Origin: an uncultured virus (IMG/VR IMGVR_UViG_3300006620_000015)
Taxonomy: Duplodnaviria > Heunggongvirae > Uroviricota > Caudoviricetes
Virus record (IMG/VR): IMGVR_UViG_3300006620_000015
Length of the DNA: 63,783 nt
Reading direction: 5' to 3' (one strand)
The stretch's first letter is position 1. Each line of letters begins with the position of its first letter. The position numbers and the translations under genes are program-made. Under the pieces are notes generated by a model. It did not search any database and was not told the DNA's origin. It saw only the letters and a list, made by a program, of their open reading frames with translations. Below, one piece after another: positions 22,701 through 31,000 of the stretch.

Positions 22701-24302
22701 ACTAAATGCTTCAACACCATTGACAAATAAACCAACGGGTTTACTTCCAACGATTTGAACTTGTGTATTTTTTTCTTGAACTAATGGAAATGACTTAAGA
22801 ATATTTTGATTTCTAATATCAAATCCAGTTCCAATAAAACCACCAATTGGGTGTCCAGGAAGTCCCGCACTTGTTACATAAGCATACTTTGAATCTTTAA
22901 AAATAGCAAAAACTTCGGTAGGAATGTCTTTTACTGAATCATTAATTTGATTCTCAGAACTAGATGAACGATTCCCAACTTCATTTAGTTTCCAACTAGT
23001 AAACTGTGGTCTGGAATCTGAGGCACCATCTTCAGACAGTGTAATTCTTTCACCCTCGTCAAAATAATTGGAACCATCTATAATATCAACTTCAGAGAGA
23101 ACTCCAAGAACTTTCATTCTTATCTGATCTTCCACTTCAGTTTTACCTGGAGCATATCCAAAAATATACTCAGTAGTACGAACTTCTTGATTAATAAAAT
23201 GTGCTGCAGCGTTAGTTCCATATACTCCTCTACCACAATCAATAAACTGATTGAAGGTTTTGGTTCTATATGTAATAAACTCTCCATCAATCTCAATTAC
23301 ACCATTTGATTCTGGAAAACTAAGAGTACTATCAACAGTAATTACCGTATCTGTAGCAGAAATATCACTTCTAAGAATAGATTCTTGTGGAATATCAAAT
23401 GGTTGTGAGTCTAGTACATTCAATCTAACTTCATAGATATTTTTAGAACCAGAAGAATAGTTTGAGATATTATTGATCAATAGATCATCAATAATAGCAG
23501 TTGCTTGAATGACACCACTAGCATCAGTTTGTCTAACTTGAGCACCGACCAAATCATATGGATTTCCCTGAATTGATTCAACCTTAATAATATCATCAAC
23601 AGTAAAATCAGAATATGAAGCTTTGATTACTCTATCTTTTGGATAACGAATAGTAATTTCTTCATCAAATAATGCTCTGAAAAGGAATTCAACAGAAAGA
23701 TCTGTTCCTTTATAACTATAGAAATCTTTGATATTTCTAATCAGTGTATCTTTACCAATCTGATCAGAAATGTTCTCATGTGGGAATCCAGCAAGATACT
23801 GCTCTTCATAATTCTTCAGAACAAAGAAGAGAATTAAATTTGAATAATTTGTTACTACAGCATCAGCAGCATGACTTTGAGCAGTGCTAGTCTGAACAGT
23901 AGTCTTTTGATTATCAAATGTTGTAGTCGCAGTAAACCCTCTCTTACATCCAGTAAGAGTTCTTGTTGAAATATTTACAGATTCATACTGAATAATCTCA
24001 CTACCAATTCCAATAACACCACCATCAGTAGAGAGACCATCAATTTTATCTACAACAATTGAAGTAGCACTAGCATCAATTGCAGATTCTAATTTATAAG
24101 TTTTGACTAGGTTGAACTTTCTCAGGTTGTCAACACTAGAATATTCCAGAAAATTATTCTGAATATCCAGAACACCACCAGATACCTCTAATGACTTATA
24201 ATACTCTTCAAAGAATTTTACAAAAGTAGGAAACTCATCAACAATGAAACTTGGTAGTTGCTGATCAACTAAATCTGATATTGTTAACTTATTAAAATTC
24301 AT
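13725..24302 (-). CDS. gp7: Baseplate wedge initiator gp7-like giant protein
   Basis: 3525 aa between gp6 and gp8; QLPSFIVDEFPTFVKFFEEYY, IKDFYSYKGT, HSPILGWAYDGNPIYGPYGY, DSNYFQDFSYVI, HPLGFKLFG. Confidence 0.85.
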   Translation of the reverse strand: MNFNKLTISDLVDQQLPSFIVDEFPTFVKFFEEYYKSLEVSGGVLDIQNNFLEYSSVDNLRKFNLVKTYKLESAIDASATSIVVDKIDGLSTDGGVIGIGSEIIQYESVNISTRTLTGCKRGFTATTTFDNQKTTVQTSTAQSHAADAVVTNYSNLILFFVLKNYEEQYLAGFPHENISDQIGKDTLIRNIKDFYSYKGTDLSVEFLFRALFDEEITIRYPKDRVIKASYSDFTVDDIIKVESIQGNPYDLVGAQVRQTDASGVIQATAIIDDLLINNISNYSSGSKNIYEVRLNVLDSQPFDIPQESILRSDISATDTVITVDSTLSFPESNGVIEIDGEFITYRTKTFNQFIDCGRGVYGTNAAAHFINQEVRTTEYIFGYAPGKTEVEDQIRMKVLGVLSEVDIIDGSNYFDEGERITLSEDGASDSRPQFTSWKLNEVGNRSSSSENQINDSVKDIPTEVFAIFKDSKYAYVTSAGLPGHPIGGFIGTGFDIRNQNILKSFPLVQEKNTQVQIVGSKPVGLFVNGVEAFSPKDYEEVPFGPVDSVSIAQSGFGFEENIQPIFRVKDSTGNGATFNADIVDGRVTNISVVNGGSDYTSDHELEVTYGFNATASITQDAHLKNGEIKTITVASGGQDYVATPNVEITDTSGRGKGAFAIAEVTNNQVTGIIVLNGGTDYTDKSTIQVRIVSKGSGVFATANVKKWSFDRVFKTKYVLDVNQNWTPATQVKSDLGNGYLYASRNAAYGLQYGYPQNPKILRSQLVDNVLGVNANYGEKPSGYVHSPILGWAYDGNPIYGPYGYSNPVDENSSITRQTSSYALKSSVSATRPNTTKYPLGAFVDDYEFVQGNGTLDFNNGRFCKTPEYPDGRYCYFLTVNSFGSGVYPYIVGESFQSVPAENNYDLEFDQSNDSNIPTGARRIRTSNTPSKGFDASLVVGSVERGSVDSFAVTESGNTFKNNDFLYIDNTDTEGSRLFGRVFEVNGKTVPRVSYQVAPGQSIPTTNGIPTAPWPIDVSAPQYMGTKFAVTAETSEPHGLSENDLVTLSLDLNNVNITKNFKVRVSDYQTITYNKPSITTSLVADVAFNATNLNITIVDAALFRENDYIKINDEILKITAIDTNSGQLTVDRNQFSTPLRLHAATNTVTLHIPDDQPDYRIAVGDAITSPGVAGVVYQIDKENSTIDVRVTSGTITNAINITDTSTPTGRQIDIADVTGKSVYWEIDPTGTGNYYARDLQFRFIRGSKYVFDLSDGSNLNHNLIFSEDSSNVNTLANVTYVGTPGTPGASATIEKIALLDTNVSRVYYYDEKNGVLNNKKYFSVLLLPAGTQKVKIVDSTKFQFFAPFQPEVTEWLNLISYKTTSLTSTGSISSISVIDGGEGYKKLPKIEGVTHSLLDDFRGELSLVSGSVSSITILNGGSRYSASTKIFINTTTGSGAKLTPVIVNERIISVTVDDPGDGYAETDTITAVDTDVKIYAEGADIGKVKTVRFSNNGSQFTSDRTLSKSLLFNKKVIVKGLGSNIYKLAEVVTTTGGFEGKIQEIKLIGNEIYLLNLFVVRGELKVGDVLNGQINQYTSTVEYVTNPDIVGLVNAYIGKVGFYDSDLGKISSSSQKITDSNYFQDFSYVIRSTRSLNDYKQYVDETTHPLGFKLFGEVAVENDVDFEDTVTGNPFSIGLADDANANEVIILLPDINVESDIVLKKYEVSTIKTANIKAYGGTGAARLNFLDNQIESTKMADLSGDFDGARAVFSLSTNDGNFPTDTSNTSVMIALNEIFQEPYQTQNITGISYDAGMMTVTTDGNHGLAVTVSGTTYPDQKYVHISGVVNSIANINFNDKFEIYDVPTSNSFRALISNPNGTLTNNNPAVCADVQSTIDNLTTILTYYTANPSATRPIRNIGIWTDPTKGPVSANRHRDGANLINANKFEIIDRANAEISLQYPDFFYPNDPQTNGYSRYRDAYRLIITNRKELVDRGAAQIAVDYPDFVYPLDPTTASDYRFKDAYRLIQQNRTEIVNNSWNAIIAQYPSHGTYETKCKRDMGLFIDYTSLDLVNGGNEYARKFALQFFDDSGNPITNGILGEEEEAIFGFNAAKDNMILAFTNQLTVTDTTITPDPAGAPLCANVTSAITVLSGIVTDAFTAGSIAGLPAETIGSDRIGEAKCKRDIGLFVDAMALDIHTGGNVYARKFLKQYFNATGTSFITNGLDGEILQSVTAFEKVRDLMKEAIVNQLLEKDLTITSANANYWGTTVGTPTNVTYDAVTGAAQVTITNHGLSNGDDVVLKSNSLTFTCGMDGHVAEKSYPRLADGNHEQSLAVSNVTTDTFDITVGASPEKTFTITNADYDPVSGDVELTIGNHSLRAGTSVKIEPESITFTCSQDNDATEHSYPKSEILTATVDNAVYNPSDGVLTVTVEDHGWENGDFIKFDDDSLVFTCARDNNQTEHAYPRSTDPVSGKWIPIYDVYYDSFKVKIGVSSDTSAHTFVRSVDDGLKKKKDKTFDTAVPIVTKTATTITINVGSSTDTSVHTYVPRLYTVTDATYDPTTGILGITSANHGFTAGDGIIIGDGSLTFSCAMDGNTSNKTYPRSTDPASNKRLNVISATNDQLTVNIGASPLVSFTPTGADYNPTTGLMELTIGNHNLTAGTSIKLLPNSLVFTCDEDNNQTNHSYPRSTDPFYDTAINIESVTATTITIQVLSTVPSTNTTTHTFVSATTGAVVSGGNYTHTFVSATSNALNQAVVISGSEYPHTFIRAANEAIVRPVVNSPVANNSNGACADVQSNIDNVVGIVTTYLNQGSLVTPLALPIESMRVPSFGEGKCKRDLGIIVDAIIADMRSGGNSNILDATERYIDGTSLLTNGIAGELAESTTAFNKARDMAKLAITNQLYNKDFTILPDFLTTSGTLDSADVTNALYTEGQYKYDNSSITFYEKPKTGTTFYSTFFKFIDGADDARYSYKIKDILFDSTTKTYDLLKKNGTNVVTEADENLLIFVDGVMQIYGESYTINRSVNPNQIVFNEAFERERHFFGYTFSKYKILNNFSHLLDGSRKSFELQFGDDNIIPPDVHQILVLLDGVPQAEGVSYNITDNVLTFTEAPQVGKNCHCLYFYGKTFDKTISIWNGNVFENLEYIGRNSPDGCRYLNKVANTGDIIQPGDLIKIDGETPKEIIRIDEKALENTDNLLYTAFVYTDNAYIRGKNAVANAVVTGVTVSGGNTVGIEDTVGINDIMGIPPVFDYQVTGVNITNPGLEYDVAPEVLFKVTCDNPGTGAEAYAEITNGKVTNVVITNPGSGYTSAPELIFAKKYEIVRPHTPLFFRKDIVVDYTAEGGNAGLGFTVNNESEIEDLRPLVVSQISAERTTHVQTQVETNRDTSQPGLAHNLNTFDQLKFQFEPIQLNDPLANYLGTGVTIEHMTRYAPNITIEDFTTHAGVAYGSAGGAIINIPTDAYVSYGLTLNGAINDAVTTVTVTGNVANFPPAGYLEFGDETMEYTSISGQDFTVTRGAKSTTATAHADGDYLRLAWRG

Positions 24303-24303
24303 T

Positions 24304-26157
24304 TTACGCTACTTCTTTGAACATTGAGAAAGTACTATCTGATAATGCAAGGTTTAAATAAACCTCACGAACTGCAAAGATGTCATCATTTTTAGGGACA
24401 GCAGTAATGTAAATATTGTTATCAGTATCACTACCACTGATAATTTGAAGTTGATTAATGAGCACCTTTCCTTCATCATAATTGACATTACCAACATCAT
24501 CAATCAGAACTAGTTTACTTGCAGTAATTGGGTCAATAGTATATATTCTTAAAACTCCATCCTCTGTATCTTCAAGATATACATCAATGTTATCATACCC
24601 ACTAATTCTAAATTTAGTACTGGTAATCGTAGGTGTACCATCGCAAAATTTTGCAAATGGATTTACATAACACAGAAGATATTGAGCTTTAGTACTAATT
24701 GCAGGAACTAGTTTTTTTCTAAGACGAAACTCAGTATTGTTTCCAGTAATAGATTGCTGAGCAGAATCAACTACTGTAGCAACTTTACTCTTCCTAATAA
24801 CACCACCAAATTTACTAAGATTTGCAGACTCATCATACTGAGTCAGATTATCAATAACTAAATTTCTAAGTTGCTCTGTAGTTAAATTTGTTTCCGTCTG
24901 GTTATAGAAAATTTTAGATAATACTAAAACATCAACAACAGAAGGATCAACAATGATAGGAGTTACAGATGCAACTGTAAACTTCTTTAATTTTGATAAA
25001 ATATCATTTTTTGTCGAATTACTTAAAATATCGCTATATTTTGGTTTAATAGCAATCTTTACACGTCCATATTCTGGCGGTTCTTCAGTTTCACCACCAT
25101 ATACGATAATATCTGCAATTGAAGAGTAAAGTTTTTGTGTAATAATCTTATAATCTTCTAATGTTACTGCTCTATTCTGTGCAGCATAGAATTTAGGAGC
25201 ATTTGCTTTAACCAACTCGTCAGACTCAATATCATCACCACCAGTACTGCCAGTTTTTACTGTAACACTAACTCCTGTTATAACACGGGAATTATTCTCA
25301 TCATAAATTTCTCCAGAAAATACAAAATCCTTAATATCATTACCAGTTTGACCAGATGTTGTTAAATATGAAACTTCAATAACTTGACCATCCTTTAATG
25401 CCTTCCCAAGGACTCCATCACCAAAAATTAACTCATATCTACTGTCATCAATTTCCTGAACAAAGAACACAGGATCATTTGCAGAAACATCTAAGATATT
25501 AGATACTTTTTCAAAGATTTCTTTATTAGATGCATTTGCATTTTCTCTCACTGATACTCTAATTGTATCAGTATCAATACTTCCAGTTGGAATGATGAAT
25601 TTTTGATTTGCAATCGTGTCATCTACAACAAATGAAAATGTTAAGTAAACACCCTCCAAGATGTTTATATTGCGCTGATCGTCCCTATTACTGATACGAC
25701 AAATATTATTAACAACAGGACTTACAACGTCCTCAAGAACTGCAAATTGAAATGTCTCTGCCCTGGCATCTACATTTGATGCAATAAAACAATTCCCCTT
25801 CTTCAACGTAAGGAATCTTGGCACCAATCTTTGGTCAATTGCAGCAACGCCACTAAAATCAACCTTTAACTCTACAACAGCAGTGGATGAAGTTTTGGAT
25901 TTTGCAGTATACCCTAACTGTTTCGCAATTCTTACAATATTATCTCTTAATGATGCTGATGATAAGAAATTTTCATTAGCTGCCATCGTTGTATTGAAGG
26001 CAGTGTAATAAGTATTGTACGCCAAAAGATCAACCACTGATGACAGGGTTGATCCTTCAAAATCATAATCAGTAAAATCGGTATTACGCCTCAAATATTC
26101 AACCAGAGCAGCTCTGATATCAGCGTAATCTAGAGAACTAACTTGTGCGAATGCCAT
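24304..26157 (-). CDS. gp6: Baseplate wedge subunit gp6
   Basis: FTDYDFEGSTLS..DLLAYNTYY, FGDGVLGK, QNRAVTLEDY, PPEYGRVKIAIKP. Confidence 0.95.
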   Translation of the reverse strand: MAFAQVSSLDYADIRAALVEYLRRNTDFTDYDFEGSTLSSVVDLLAYNTYYTAFNTTMAANENFLSSASLRDNIVRIAKQLGYTAKSKTSSTAVVELKVDFSGVAAIDQRLVPRFLTLKKGNCFIASNVDARAETFQFAVLEDVVSPVVNNICRISNRDDQRNINILEGVYLTFSFVVDDTIANQKFIIPTGSIDTDTIRVSVRENANASNKEIFEKVSNILDVSANDPVFFVQEIDDSRYELIFGDGVLGKALKDGQVIEVSYLTTSGQTGNDIKDFVFSGEIYDENNSRVITGVSVTVKTGSTGGDDIESDELVKANAPKFYAAQNRAVTLEDYKIITQKLYSSIADIIVYGGETEEPPEYGRVKIAIKPKYSDILSNSTKNDILSKLKKFTVASVTPIIVDPSVVDVLVLSKIFYNQTETNLTTEQLRNLVIDNLTQYDESANLSKFGGVIRKSKVATVVDSAQQSITGNNTEFRLRKKLVPAISTKAQYLLCYVNPFAKFCDGTPTITSTKFRISGYDNIDVYLEDTEDGVLRIYTIDPITASKLVLIDDVGNVNYDEGKVLINQLQIISGSDTDNNIYITAVPKNDDIFAVREVYLNLALSDSTFSMFKEVA

Positions 26158-26160
26158 TGA

Positions 26161-26565
26161 TTATATCTTTGATGAAGAAGTTAACGATAATGTAGTTCTA
26201 AATAATTGGGGTGAAGTATCTGGAATAGTATAAACAATTTCCACATCATAAGTATATTCCGCTTCATTCAAATCCACTATGACTTCTAGTAAGTTAACTC
26301 TAGGTTCATATTGAGAAATTAAGAGTGATACTTCATTTTTAAGTGTACCAGCGGTGGCGAAATCAAAAGGTTCAAACAATAAATCAGGAATTCCACTACC
26401 AAACGACGAGTTAAAAAATTTCTCGCCCTTCCTATAGGAAAATATGTTAAGAAGAGACCTCTTAATTGCATTCTCATCCTTGAGAATGTTGAGATCTTTT
26501 CTTAACGGGTTGATTTTGAATGTATAACTCAAGTCCCTATAGGATCTTGATGGTTTCAACGCCAT
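26161..26565 (-). CDS. gp25: Baseplate wedge subunit gp25
   Basis: DENAIKRSLLNI...GEKFFNSSFGS.I.DLLFE...YEPRV; ATAAATA late motif at 26586-26592. Confidence 0.92.
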   Translation of the reverse strand: MALKPSRSYRDLSYTFKINPLRKDLNILKDENAIKRSLLNIFSYRKGEKFFNSSFGSGIPDLLFEPFDFATAGTLKNEVSLLISQYEPRVNLLEVIVDLNEAEYTYDVEIVYTIPDTSPQLFRTTLSLTSSSKI

Positions 26566-26584
26566 TTGATAGTAGATTTTTCAA

Positions 26585-26716
26585 TTATTTATCACGATTT
26601 TTGTCATTCTTCTTTTCTTGTGATTTTTTAAGAAGTCTATCAGACTCAATTTGAGTGATTAGAGTCATCCCAGACTTAATAAAGTCTTTGCTTTTGTCAG
26701 TCGGTGAGTTTCCCAT
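26585..26716 (-). CDS. Small conserved cyanophage protein (43 aa; below ORF-track cutoff)
   Basis: Read manually: MGNSPTDKSKDFIKSGMTLITQIESDRLLKKSQEKKNDKNRDK*. Confidence 0.65.
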   Translation of the reverse strand: MGNSPTDKSKDFIKSGMTLITQIESDRLLKKSQEKKNDKNRDK

Positions 26717-27182
26717 CGGTTTTTTGTGCAGTTTTTACAATTTCGTAATCATTTCCAAGAATTTCTTGCATCATTGCATCGTTCCAATGTGCATAATATC
26801 CAGATTTTGCCAAAATTTCGCGATGTTGACGCAATTTTGCCTTTGATTGACACAACATTAAGTTGTACTTACCATTATTTGTCTGAATTCCATTAAGAAA
26901 AGTGTGATAATTAGCGCAATCTTCCAAAAATATGAATTCTGGGTAGATTGTGTTGTAAATTTCACACCACATTTGGATAGCATCGGTATCAAGATAGTCT
27001 TCAACGACAAAAATGACGACATCATACCCCTTAATAGGCATAATATCGTCAATCGGCGCTTCTACGACCTCATATGTCGCAGAGTGCGAATAAGGACATA
27101 TTGAAAAATTACCTAATTCAGGACGAACTTCAGAAATTTTAGCAATCCATTCTTTAATATGCTCTTCAACTTGCGATTTCAT
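26697..27182 (-). CDS. Hypothetical protein (161 aa)
   Basis: ATGA-coupled to the upstream gene; ICPYS motif. Confidence 0.7.
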   Translation of the reverse strand: MKSQVEEHIKEWIAKISEVRPELGNFSICPYSHSATYEVVEAPIDDIMPIKGYDVVIFVVEDYLDTDAIQMWCEIYNTIYPEFIFLEDCANYHTFLNGIQTNNGKYNLMLCQSKAKLRQHREILAKSGYYAHWNDAMMQEILGNDYEIVKTAQKTDGKLTD

Positions 27183-27781
27183 TCAATATTGCCAGAAATA
27201 GAAATTCTATCTTCATCACAATTATAGAATGGATATACTTGATGTAAGAGTTTTGATGGAAAAAATGTCATCACACCCTCAAGTTCAGGATTCATAGGAT
27301 ATGGGAATGACTGAGTGCTACCAAGAATATTAGTATATAAGAATTCAAATGAAGAAATTTTATGACTCTTTGAGTTAAATGAAATTGGGTTTTGATTTTG
27401 CACAAAGTGTCTGGTTGGAATTTTCATCCAGATTACAAAACTATAAATTCCACTATGGTCATGAAGTGGATTAAATTCGTTTTGTTTTTGATAATTTACC
27501 CAAAAATCAATTAGTCCGTGTTTAACGGTTTCCATAGGTTGGAATTGACATTCATACTGATGGCACATTGGCAAAAGTGTATGATCATAAAACCATTCAC
27601 CTTCATCAACTAAAACATTACTTTCATGGATGTTTCCTACAAGACTCTTTTTGTGAGATTTACCACGATTGTCAATACATTCCCACAAATAATGCATTTC
27701 ATGGTCAGAAAGTTTTTTTTCTAACCATCCAAGATTTGGGGGTCTAATTACTCTAAGGTTTCGTGAATCAATACCGTTCAT
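27179..27781 (-). CDS. Putative 2OG-Fe(II) oxygenase / cupin (HxH type)
   Basis: WVNYQ..EFNPLHDH, FFPS.L.HQVYPF, RISISGN. Confidence 0.8.
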   Translation of the reverse strand: MNGIDSRNLRVIRPPNLGWLEKKLSDHEMHYLWECIDNRGKSHKKSLVGNIHESNVLVDEGEWFYDHTLLPMCHQYECQFQPMETVKHGLIDFWVNYQKQNEFNPLHDHSGIYSFVIWMKIPTRHFVQNQNPISFNSKSHKISSFEFLYTNILGSTQSFPYPMNPELEGVMTFFPSKLLHQVYPFYNCDEDRISISGNIE

Positions 27782-27888
27782 TCCTCACTAGGTTTTTCTG
27801 CTTCTTTTTTATCTGGATGCTCTTGATCAACAGGTCTACGTCCTACAACGTAACCATAGGTCTTTGGTGCTGGAGTTTCTTCGCTCAT
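27778..27888 (-). CDS. Small hypothetical protein (36 aa)
   Basis: MSEETPAPKTYGYVVGRRPVDQEHPDKKEAEKPSEE*; ATGA overlaps at both ends. Confidence 0.6.
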   Translation of the reverse strand: MSEETPAPKTYGYVVGRRPVDQEHPDKKEAEKPSEE

Positions 27889-28031
27889 CTTCCTTGTCCG
27901 CGATAACGTTTACGGGCTCCGTTACGGGAGCTTGCACTGTATTTAGTATGCTGACCATCTCCCTGGCGAGTTTTTTTGGGTTTTGACTCAATGTTGGCGT
28001 TACCACCAGTAAGTGAAGGGCGCTTTGCCAT
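27885..28031 (-). CDS. Small highly basic protein (48 aa)
   Basis: MAKRPSLTGGNANIESKPKKTRQGDGQHTKYSASSRNGARKRYRGQGR*; GAGGA SD; extended -10 TGATATAAT at 28055-28063. Confidence 0.75.
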   Translation of the reverse strand: MAKRPSLTGGNANIESKPKKTRQGDGQHTKYSASSRNGARKRYRGQGR

Positions 28032-28069
28032 GAATTCCTCAAATGTACCCCAATATTATATCACAACAA

Positions 28070-31000
28070 TTATGCTTCTGCAACACTGATGATTTGGATT
28101 TGTGGTCCTCCTGATTCATTTCCATTAGAAGGATTAGAAACAATTACTTCAGCAGGACTGCTTGAATTCTGAGAAGGACTTGGCAGACCACCAACATAAG
28201 ATGCACCGCCGCCACCGCCGCCACCAAAGTAACCACCTTCGTTGTAATCATTATCCCATCCACCACCACCGCCGCCACCGCCGTAGTATCCCATGCCGCC
28301 TACACCACCGTTTCCATCAACACCCGACCCGCCTGCGCCAGATGAGAAGAATGCACCGTCGCCTCCTTTACTAGCAGAGAGATCCCCGCCAGCATTTCCA
28401 CCTGTTCCGCCATTACCACTCTTATAACCGCTCACAGAACCACCATTGCCTCCATAAGAAGTATTTAAATTTGAACCAATAGAACCATTAGGTAATCCAG
28501 CTTTACCACCAGCAGGATTTGATGGTCTTGATGGATGTGGTGAAGGATATGTGCTGGTAGATGGATTTCCTTCATAGCCACCTTCTGCAGCAAGCATGAT
28601 ACAGTTATTACCTACCGCAGATGTTCCATAAAACACAGCAGAATATCTGGTGTCGTAATGAAGTCTATAGGACTGTCCTGCCTTTGCAGTGAATGTTCCC
28701 TGAACATAAGATCCTTGTCCACCATTACCTGGAGGTGTTCCACCACGAAGTCTTATAGTGACATTATAGTCAACTCCAGATGCTACTAAGAAAGATGGTT
28801 CCGACAATGTAGTTGCACTAGAAAGACTAGTAATATTTGTTGATGTTCCACTAACAGTACCAATAATTTCTAATGATCCAGGAACGGTCATTGAAATGAC
28901 TGCTAGACCATTTTGACTAGCACCACCATGACCACTAACGTGCTCTGAAGGTAATGAAGCAGGAACAGGCGCAGCACCACCTGCAGTTCCTGTATTACCT
29001 GCACTAGCACTGGTATATGCCAGAGAGATAGAACCTGATCCTCCTGCTCCACCACCACCAGTACAATTACCATTACCATCTCCGCCAGCACCAGCGCCGC
29101 CTGCAACTCCCGATCCACCGCCGCCACCACGATTACCCTGATTTACACCAGAACCGCCGCCAGCACCGCCTCCAAATCTTCCAGTGGTTCCAGCATTGGC
29201 ACCAGTGTTTGGACCTGTTCCAGCACCACCGCCTCCAGTGCCTCCACCGCCGCCACCTTGTCCATTCTGACCTGCACCGCCACCGCCACCTACGATAGAT
29301 GAAAGACCATTGAAAGTAATTTCAGATCTTTGACCACCACGACCAGCACCATATCCCGACAGACCTGTTGGAGATCCCTGTCCAGTAGCACCTACAAATA
29401 CTGATATAGTTCTTGTCGCTGGTGAATAATCATATCTCTTTACATCAAATCCATTACAATAGTCTCCAGCATTACTGGCACCAGTTCCACAGGTATCATC
29501 AGTTTTCCATCCATAAGCACTATTGGATCTGTAAGTTCCCCAGGTATAAGCGTAGTTTCCAACAATTATATAACTATCTTCATTTGGTGCATATGTTCCA
29601 TCATATACCAGAGTCCCTTCCCACAAAATTTGTAATTTTCGTACACCATTGATACCAATGGTTTCTGGTCCCCCAGTTCTAGTATACCAACCATTTTGAG
29701 TACTAGTACAAGATGGTTTTTCAACTAGACCACCCTGACCAGTTTTTACTATCACATTGGTATATGAAGAACCTGATGTAGTGTTAGGTATAGTGACTGT
29801 TCCAGTCGCATATCCTCCCCCACCACCACTAAAACTTCCTGTGGGACATTCACCGACACCTTGTCCACCAGCGCCCCACAACCAGTAAGTGAATCCAGTT
29901 GCACTAGTGGGAACTGTAACGCTAGTTTCGCCAGTCTGTGTAATATTATATACTTGTGATCCAGTAGCTGTAACTAATGTCACAACTTCTTCTGTAATTT
30001 TACTGGCACAAAATTCATTAACAAGTTTACAGCGATAAGTATCACTATTATTAGAACTTGATACTGTTGGTGTGGTATAACTTTCACTTGTAGCACCAGT
30101 GATATCAGAGAACGTAGTTTCTCCAGATCCTCGCTTTTGCCATTGATATGAAATTGTCTGCCCAGAAACACCGATGACTGCTGCCTTAACATTAAAAGTT
30201 GCTGTTCCTGACTGCAATACAACAGATCTCGGTTGAGTAATTAAATCAATGTATGCTGGTTCAATTACAATTCTAGAATTTTTTTGCTCTCCACCAGCAT
30301 CACCACGATTGGGATGAGTAGATCCTCCAAATGCACCAGTAGTTCCAACTGCAGTGGAATGAACAAAACCAGATCCTCCTGCTCCACCACCACCTGACTG
30401 TGGTCCTTTGCCAGGGTTATTGCTACTGCCATCATATCCATCATGACCGCCTGCACCTCCACCGCCGCCATAATATCCTCCGCCACCTCCACCGCCACCA
30501 GCGGCAGAGTATGATCCAGAATTAGATCCTCCAGATCCACCAGATAGTGCAGATCCCGCATTACCATTAGTGCTGCCTCCAGATGATGTAGCACCGCCAG
30601 CACCACCTAATGATTGAGTGGCACCATATCCTCCTTTAGCAGAAATTGTTGATGATGTACTATCGGATCCATCGGATGCCACTGTACCACCACCAGCACC
30701 ACCAATAACTTTTGCACCTCCATTATGACTAAAACTACCTTGAACTGTATTATACTTTGTGCATGGATATGAAACTGTTCTGCTTGAATCCTTATAAACA
30801 GTAAAACTCATACTAGAAACATAACTAGTATATCCATTATCACTTCTTAAGAATCTAATCACCATATATGATGATGTTCTTGCTAATTGAGTAATATCAA
30901 TACCAAATCCAGGACAAGCACCACCAGCAGCAGTACATTGACCAGTAGATACCTGGAGGATATAATTGCCATCAGGCATTGGACTATTGAATTGTATAAT

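Noticed and set aside
4487..24302. Inteins or introns in the giant structural genes
   Set aside because: Frames are continuous, and no intein splice or homing-endonuclease motifs were recognised.
27836..28042. 68-aa ORF MRNSWQSA...
   Set aside because: Two ATGA-coupled ORFs in other frames (27885-28031 and 27778-27888) have an SD and fit better.
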